Below, piece after piece: positions 24,251 through 32,000 of a stretch of 32,000 nucleotides of DNA (positions within the stretch are counted from its first letter, which is position 1; each line of letters opens with the position of its first letter). Both the position numbers and the translations under genes were made by a program. A model generated the notes under the pieces. It was not told where the DNA came from. It worked only from the letters and a program-made list of their open reading frames with translations, and ran no database searches. Source of the stretch: Candidatus Saganbacteria bacterium (GTDB lineage Bacteria; Margulisbacteria; WOR-1; JAKLHX01); contig JAPLKZ010000005.1 in the NCBI GenBank assembly GCA_026387835.1, positions 249,596 to 281,595 of the forward strand, written 5' to 3'.

Positions 24251-25588
24251 ATGCAGACAGCAAGACCTTTTTTTGCGGCGGCGGTAAAAACAAGCAGGGC
24301 CGATATTACAACAAGGATAGCTTCAGCAAGACTAACATCCCCAGGTAATTACTGGAGGTCCCGTGCCAGTATCCCTGAAGCGGTCCTCGTGCTCGGCAAT
24401 GAAAAGACGGATTTAGGAACGGTCGTGCGCATATTCGCCGATTACAAAATGCCTGTCGGCAGGGCTGCGGGAATGCTGGCCGGAATGCACAGGGCTGCTG
24501 AAATATTAGCTGACACAGGAATGCCTGCGCTCAGGTCTGCGGAAATATTAAAATGTTTTACTTTTGATGCCGGCACGGCTTCGTGGATATTTGCCGATAA
24601 AAAAATGTCTATAAGCAGAGCTGCGGCTATATTGGCTGAAAGGACGATAACTTCAGATAAGGCCGCAGAAATACTTGCTGATGGAAGAATGCCTTTAGAT
24701 AAAGTTGCGGGAATATTTGCCGATATCAATATGACCGGAAGCCGGGCCGCAATTATTCTGGCAGATGAAAAAATGCCCCCAGTCCGGGTTGCGAGGATAT
24801 TAGCGCACGATCTTATTGAGCCCAGGAAGGCCGCTGATATATTATCTGAAAATACAATAGGAATAGTAAAAATTGAGGCAATATTTGCCGATGAAAGCCT
24901 GCCTTTAGAGAAAGCTGCAGTCATTTTAAATGATGACAGGTTGACTGTAGAGAAAGTCGCTGCGACTTTAAATAACGGCAAAATGCCTCTCAGCAGGGCC
25001 GCGGGTATTTTAAATGACGGCAAAATGACCGTTGCCAGAGCGGTTTCAATAGTAGTACATAACAATATGGATGAGAGAAGAATCGAGACAATATTTGCTG
25101 ATGACAGAATGCTGCCGGACAGGGCCGCTGCAATATTGGCTGATGAAAAAACAACCGCTCATAAGGTCATGAGAATATTAGCCTTTGAAAAAATGCCTGC
25201 AAGCAGGGCCGCGGCAATATTAACTGATGACATAATGTTCCCGTGCAGGGCTGCAGCAGTATTTGCCGATGAAAAAATGCCGGCCCGCAGGGTTTTGAAT
25301 ATACTGGCTGATGACAAGGTCTCAGTAAGTAGGGCTGCGGCAATATTGGCTGATGAAAAGATGCTTGCAAGCAGAATCGCGGATATATTTGCGCAAGTAA
25401 TCAATATCGACTATCAAACTGCCAGCCCGCTCAGGGTCACTTATGACAAAACAATGCCTTTAGAAAAGGCCGCGGCGATAATCGGGGCAATGCAGGACGA
25501 AAGAGCCGTCAAAATATTAGCTGAACTGGCAAACGACGTCGTAAAAATGTTCATTGACGAGATGGAAAAAAAGGAAGAGCAAAAATAA
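24251..25588 (+). CDS. 14-residue tandem-repeat protein B (diverged paralog of A)
   Basis: The start is 1 nt after the stop of A. It has the same N-terminus (MQTARPFFAAAVKTSRADITTRIASARLTSPGNYWRSRASIPEAV) and the same repeat type, but the repeats are more diverged. Confidence 0.7.
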   Translation: MQTARPFFAAAVKTSRADITTRIASARLTSPGNYWRSRASIPEAVLVLGNEKTDLGTVVRIFADYKMPVGRAAGMLAGMHRAAEILADTGMPALRSAEILKCFTFDAGTASWIFADKKMSISRAAAILAERTITSDKAAEILADGRMPLDKVAGIFADINMTGSRAAIILADEKMPPVRVARILAHDLIEPRKAADILSENTIGIVKIEAIFADESLPLEKAAVILNDDRLTVEKVAATLNNGKMPLSRAAGILNDGKMTVARAVSIVVHNNMDERRIETIFADDRMLPDRAAAILADEKTTAHKVMRILAFEKMPASRAAAILTDDIMFPCRAAAVFADEKMPARRVLNILADDKVSVSRAAAILADEKMLASRIADIFAQVINIDYQTASPLRVTYDKTMPLEKAAAIIGAMQDERAVKILAELANDVVKMFIDEMEKKEEQK

Positions 25589-25691
25589 AGCAGGTCATAA
25601 CTCAGCATTAGATGATATCGTAGTATGTTCGCAAGTCATTCCAACTGTTTGAATATTCATAAATCTTCTGTCAAAGAATGTTCCTTTTCCA

Positions 25692-25721
25692 TTGACTAAT
25701 CAAACCATATCGTTTTATAAT
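25692..25721 (+). promoter_or_regulatory. Sigma70-like promoter for the deoxyhypusine-synthase-like gene
   Basis: ttgact (25692-25697), an 18-nt spacer, then tataat (25716-25721), about 20 nt before the ATG. Confidence 0.45.
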
Positions 25722-25740
25722 GAAACAACAGAAATAAATC

Positions 25741-26733
25741 ATGAACAATAAAGAACAATTTAAGGCCATCAAAAATTTCATCGACCACAACTACCGGCAC
25801 TTCAACGCAGCGGTCGTGAAAGATGCTTCCGCCGCTTATGTGGAGCACCTGGGCAAAGGCGGAAAAATGTTCCTTGCGATGGCGGGCGCCATGAGCACCG
25901 GAGAGATCGGGCTCACGCTTGCGGAGATGATAAGGCAGGACAAAATCCACGCGATATCGACAACAGGCGCGAACCTTGAAGAGGACATATTCAACCTTGT
26001 CGCCCATGACTTTTACGAAAGGGTTCCCGGCTACAGGTATTTTACAAAAGACGACGAGGAAGCACTTCTTGCAAGACATATGAACAGGGTGACAGATACA
26101 TGCATTCCCGAAGAAGAAGCGATGAGAAGGATAGAGAGGATAGTCCAGAAATACTGGTACAAGGCTGAAAAAGAAGGGAAAAGATATTTTCCTTACGAGT
26201 ACATGTACAGGATCATCAGGGACGGAGTGCTGAAAGAAAGTTACCAGATAGACCCGAAAGATTCCTGGCTGATAGCAGCATGCGAAAAAGATCTCCCGAT
26301 ATTCGTCGGGGGCTGGGAAGATTCAACGATAGGCAACGTCCTTGTCGCAGACCATAAAAGAGGAAATATCAAAGACATGTCTATCGTGAAGACCGGGCTC
26401 GAGACCATGAGCTTTTTGATCGACTGGTACAAAAAGACATCTAAAGACCACCCGATAGGCTTTTTCCAGATAGGGGGCGGCATAGCAGGGGATTTCCCGA
26501 TATGTGTCGTGCCTTTGATCGAGCAGGACCTTTTTGAGAAAGATGTCAGGAAGTGGGGATATTTCTGCCAGATATCCGACAGCACCACGTCTTACGGTTC
26601 TTATAGCGGCGCGGTCCCTAATGAAAAGATCACGTGGGGCAAACTGGGAAAAGAAACTCCAAGTTTTGTAATTGAAAGCGACGCGACGATAGTAGCCCCT
26701 CTGATGTTCTCGTATATCCTCGGCCAGGAATAG
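25741..26733 (+). CDS. Deoxyhypusine synthase-like protein (bacterial DHS/homospermidine-synthase-like family)
   Basis: FLAMAGAMSTGEIG, AISTTGANLEEDIF and IGGGIAGDFP resemble DHS family motifs. The assignment is from recall and has not been searched. Confidence 0.65.
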   Translation: MNNKEQFKAIKNFIDHNYRHFNAAVVKDASAAYVEHLGKGGKMFLAMAGAMSTGEIGLTLAEMIRQDKIHAISTTGANLEEDIFNLVAHDFYERVPGYRYFTKDDEEALLARHMNRVTDTCIPEEEAMRRIERIVQKYWYKAEKEGKRYFPYEYMYRIIRDGVLKESYQIDPKDSWLIAACEKDLPIFVGGWEDSTIGNVLVADHKRGNIKDMSIVKTGLETMSFLIDWYKKTSKDHPIGFFQIGGGIAGDFPICVVPLIEQDLFEKDVRKWGYFCQISDSTTSYGSYSGAVPNEKITWGKLGKETPSFVIESDATIVAPLMFSYILGQE

Positions 26734-26734
26734 C

Positions 26735-27262
26735 TTACTTCAGCTTTATACCGTTCCAGTCACCGCCGTCTTTACCGTCCCCGTACCACCAGTGGCCGTT
26801 GATGCTGTTCCCGTCGGAAGACAGGGTAAATGTGCATTTTCCGCTGCATTGCGGGGCGGAATAAGTGGGAGCTTCAGACCAGGTGCCTTCCATGGTCTTT
26901 CCGTCCGCAGCGAGGTTGGCTTCTATCTTACCGCTATTATATGTATAATCCCCTATAACTTTCATTCCGTACACGGCAAATGTCAGGACTCCCCATTTTG
27001 AGTTCCATTTACCTTCAAATCCTTTTACATAACCCGCGGGATCAGAGGATGTTCCGGCTGCCGTTACTGCAGGGACCGTGGCAGATCCGGTGATCTCGCC
27101 CGTGCCAAGCTCTATCTTTGAGATGTTAACGGCCGGCTGGGTGAGAGTAAAGATCTGTTTTGCCCCGTCCTTGAATGTGACGGACATCTCCTGGGCAGCG
27201 GCGCTGACCGAAAGAATTATAGAAAACAACAGTAAAAGAATAGCGGTCCTTTTTAAGATCAT
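26735..27262 (-). CDS. Secreted hypothetical protein
   Basis: I chose the internal Met with RBS aaaggag and signal peptide MILKRTAILLLLFSIILSVSAAAQE. The track start at 27328 adds 22 unlikely residues. Confidence 0.55.
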   Translation of the reverse strand: MILKRTAILLLLFSIILSVSAAAQEMSVTFKDGAKQIFTLTQPAVNISKIELGTGEITGSATVPAVTAAGTSSDPAGYVKGFEGKWNSKWGVLTFAVYGMKVIGDYTYNSGKIEANLAADGKTMEGTWSEAPTYSAPQCSGKCTFTLSSDGNSINGHWWYGDGKDGGDWNGIKLK

Positions 27263-27389
27263 ATTAAGCTCCTTTCTGAAAATACTAATTTTAGTGTACA
27301 AAAACAGGAAGGAAGTGTCAAGCGGCAAAAAGAGCAGTTGATTAAGGTCTTGACGGATGTTATGTTTATAATATCGGGAGGACGAGGTA

Positions 27390-28094
27390 ATGCATATACC
27401 GGACGGTTTCTTAGACCCAAAAATGTCGGCGGGGATGATGGGTGCGGCGGCTGTGGCGCTTGCTTATTGTATGGCTAAGGTCAGGCAGGCGGTGACAGCA
27501 GTTGTTCCGGGAAAGGTCATGGCAGCTGCCGGAGCGGGAGCAAATAAAGTTCTCGGCGGAAGCCGGAGAGTTCTCACAAAGATCGGAGAACAAAAGATCT
27601 ATAAGATGGGGATGGTAGCTTCTCTTGTGTTTGCGGCGCAGATGTTCAACTTTCCGGTAAGCAACGGAACTTCAGGTCATCTGATAGGTGGTGTGCTTGC
27701 GGCTGTACTTCTGGGGCCTTTCGCGGGAACAATAGTGATAGCAACGGTTTTAATAATGCAATCTATATTTTTTGCGGACGGCGGACTTTTTACGCTCGGA
27801 GCTAATATTATCAATATGGCGGTCGTAGCTTCGTTCGGGTGCTATTACATATATTATTTCGCCAAGAAAATTATGCCGGAGTGGAGCGCGGTGGCGATCG
27901 CTTCATGGGTGTCGGTGATGCTTGCGGCGGCGATGTGCTCGTTGCAGATCGGATTTTCAGGCGCCATCGCGTTAAGAACGGTTTTTTTGGCGATGATAAA
28001 AGTCCATGCGGTCATAGGAATAGCTGAAGCGCTCATTACAATAGCGTTCATAGGTGTTTTCAGGCGTCTTGCTGGTAATGAGGACGCAAAATGA
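27390..28094 (+). CDS. cbiM: CbiM/NikM-type cobalt/nickel transporter substrate-capture component
   Basis: It has the invariant N-terminus MHIPDGFL, multiple TM helices and RBS gggagg. Confidence 0.85.
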   Translation: MHIPDGFLDPKMSAGMMGAAAVALAYCMAKVRQAVTAVVPGKVMAAAGAGANKVLGGSRRVLTKIGEQKIYKMGMVASLVFAAQMFNFPVSNGTSGHLIGGVLAAVLLGPFAGTIVIATVLIMQSIFFADGGLFTLGANIINMAVVASFGCYYIYYFAKKIMPEWSAVAIASWVSVMLAAAMCSLQIGFSGAIALRTVFLAMIKVHAVIGIAEALITIAFIGVFRRLAGNEDAK

Positions 28095-28360
28095 AAAAGA
28101 TATTCTGGTTTTCTATCGCCATAGCCATGCTTGCCGCTTTTTTTGCCTCAACATTTCCCGACGGGCTCGATTTTACCGCAGAGAAACTTGGATTTGGTAA
28201 ACTGGCAGTCGAAAGATCTTCTATCATGACGAGATACTGCTTTCCGTTCATCGGCAGTGGGATTATCTCTACATTTATTGCCGGAGCCTGCGGGGTGGTC
28301 CTGACGGCCGGGATATTTTATTTTGCGGGAATGTATTTTCGAAGGATCAACCAACGATAG
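28091..28360 (+). CDS. PDGLE-domain small membrane protein (CbiN-like partner of CbiM)
   Basis: The FPDGLD motif follows an N-terminal TM helix, and there is a C-terminal TM helix. It overlaps the cbiM stop by 4 nt. Confidence 0.7.
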   Translation: MKKIFWFSIAIAMLAAFFASTFPDGLDFTAEKLGFGKLAVERSSIMTRYCFPFIGSGIISTFIAGACGVVLTAGIFYFAGMYFRRINQR

Positions 28361-28376
28361 AAAGAACAACCTTTAA

Positions 28377-29090
28377 ATGCTTAAAAAGTATTTACCGCTG
28401 CTGATATTTTTCTTTTTTGTAATGCCTTCTTATGCAGCCAGGCCTCTTGTGACGGACGATTACTCCACATTAGAGCACGGAAAATATGAGACAGAAACCG
28501 GCTTTAATATTATCAGGCAAAAGAACGACAATACGGTCTCAAGCGGTTTTGTCTTCCTGTTGAGAAGAGGGGTAAGCCCGGACATGGAACTTATGCTGGA
28601 GCTTCCGTACAATACATCGGATATTCAAAGAACAGCGGATGCTGTTATCCATGCAAAATTGAAGCTGATCAAATTGGGGGCGGATGAAGGCCTCGCTTTA
28701 AGAGGCGATCTGAAGCTTACTAATGGAAGCCCAGTGCCAAGCCTTGGTTCCGGCTTTACCGATTACGGGGCTGTACTTCTGCTAACAAAAAGATATTTAG
28801 GTGCGAAGTTCGACTTGAACGCGGGTTATATCGTAGTCGGAGACGCCGCCAACAGTCCGTGTGATGATATGTTTGTTTATTCTGCTGCCGTCGAAAAAGT
28901 ATTGACGGAGAGTTTCAATATTGTCGCTGAGTACTTTGGTTCATCATGTCAGATAAAGACCACAGGCAAACTGCAGATCGGTGGGCAATGGCAGGTGACT
29001 AAGGGCGCAAGATTTGATGCGGGTTATTCAATTGCCATGACAGAGGCATCGAGTAATGTCGCGACGATCGGGCTTACATCAAAATTTTGA
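28377..29090 (+). CDS. Outer-membrane beta-barrel protein (MetA-pathway/transporter-like family)
   Basis: A signal peptide is followed by ARPLVTDDYSTLEHGKYETETG, typical of that barrel family. The C-terminus ends in a terminal Phe (TSKF). Confidence 0.55.
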   Translation: MLKKYLPLLIFFFFVMPSYAARPLVTDDYSTLEHGKYETETGFNIIRQKNDNTVSSGFVFLLRRGVSPDMELMLELPYNTSDIQRTADAVIHAKLKLIKLGADEGLALRGDLKLTNGSPVPSLGSGFTDYGAVLLLTKRYLGAKFDLNAGYIVVGDAANSPCDDMFVYSAAVEKVLTESFNIVAEYFGSSCQIKTTGKLQIGGQWQVTKGARFDAGYSIAMTEASSNVATIGLTSKF

Positions 29091-29102
29091 TATAATAAAA
29101 AT

Positions 29103-29354
29103 ATGCCAACATACGAATATAAATGCGCCTCATGCGGCAAGACCTTCGAGGAGTTCCAAAGCATAAAGGACAAGCCTTTAAAGGAGTGCAATTTCTGCAA
29201 GGGCCCCGTGAGGCGGATGATCCACGCGGCGGGGATAGTGTTCAAGGGATCGGGATTTTACGTGACGGATAATACCAGGGATAAGAAAACCGCTGAAACT
29301 TACATCTCTCCTCCCAAGAAAAAAACCGAACCAAAACAGGCGGATAAAAAATAA
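29103..29354 (+). CDS. FmdB-family zinc-ribbon protein
   Basis: MPTYEYKCASCGKTFEEFQSIKDKPLKECNFCKG... is the CxxC-x-CxxC signature of this family. Confidence 0.8.
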   Translation: MPTYEYKCASCGKTFEEFQSIKDKPLKECNFCKGPVRRMIHAAGIVFKGSGFYVTDNTRDKKTAETYISPPKKKTEPKQADKK

Positions 29355-29374
29355 ACTTTTGGCAAAACCCCCGA

Positions 29375-29403
29375 TTGACACACATATAATAATATAGTAT
29401 AGT
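29375..29403 (+). promoter_or_regulatory. Near-consensus sigma70 promoter upstream of the 23S rRNA leader
   Basis: ttgaca (29375-29380), a 17-nt spacer, then tatagt (29398-29403). Confidence 0.5.
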
Positions 29404-29462
29404 TACATACGTATGACGACAACTAAGACCTGAAAGGGAAATCTCATCAGACCCTTTAAGCA

Positions 29463-29487
29463 AAGCGCTGATGAGCGCTTTTTTTTC
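29463..29487 (+). terminator. Intrinsic-terminator-like hairpin with a T-run
   Basis: aagcgct-gatg-agcgctt runs into a stretch of 8 or more T. Confidence 0.6.
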
Positions 29488-29673
29488 GTCTATACAGGGC
29501 AGTTCCGGGGGCAATAATGATTGCCGGGGACGTTAAGCTCAAGAACCTTGATAACTAAATAAGGTAATCCGCGTGTAAAGAAGAGGCGGGGATCTGACAC
29601 AAGGATCCCTGCGACGCGAATCTTTCCGCCTGTTTTGCGACAGGGCGGAACAGATGCGTTAACTAGTGATTGT

Positions 29674-32000
<2,327 letters not shown>

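Overview
The window looks like an uncultivated diderm bacterium. No taxon can be assigned from sequence alone. The core genes are ordinary. They include two tRNA-Ser genes, a flavodoxin-like gene, a fused tandem thyX, a class-A beta-lactamase-like hydrolase and an L,D-transpeptidase. They also include an Lpt/OstA-like protein, gap-pgk-ndk followed by tRNA-Ala, an MFS transporter, a deoxyhypusine-synthase-like gene and cbiM with a PDGLE-domain gene and an outer-membrane barrel. The last ~2.3 kb is the 5' part of a 23S rRNA gene with no 16S gene upstream.

The unusual part is an accessory region from the 3' end of tRNA-Ser(GGA) at 2165 to about 9.7 kb.
- (i) A large serine recombinase (LSR) gene is bracketed by ~75-bp imperfect inverted repeats, and att sites can be reconstructed from them.
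- (ii) Directly next to it, a visibly AT-richer 4.6-kb block is bracketed by 112-bp near-perfect inverted repeats.
- (iii) The block carries an XRE-HTH plus HNH endonuclease pair, a PD-(D/E)xK-like nuclease and three unknown, mostly membrane, proteins.
- (iv) Each gene unit in the block is preceded by a short direct repeat that looks like an HTH 3' tail fused to a piece of the recombinase gene. Collinear scraps of a second recombinase locus sit at both inner edges of the long inverted repeats.
- (v) A D12-class adenine methyltransferase lies just outside the right repeat.

I read this as a recombinase-associated cassette, invertible or accretion locus with restriction-modification-like content. 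The mechanism is inferred, not shown.

Other items worth a second look are two adjacent paralogous proteins built from ~25 copies of a 14-residue repeat (42-bp DNA repeats), a polylysine-plus-beta-barrel outer-membrane protein, an orphan CheD-like deamidase-fold protein, an in-frame TAA splitting the L,D-transpeptidase from its signal anchor, and a promoter/terminator pair in the 23S leader.

All coordinates and identities come from manual reading, and no database search was possible.
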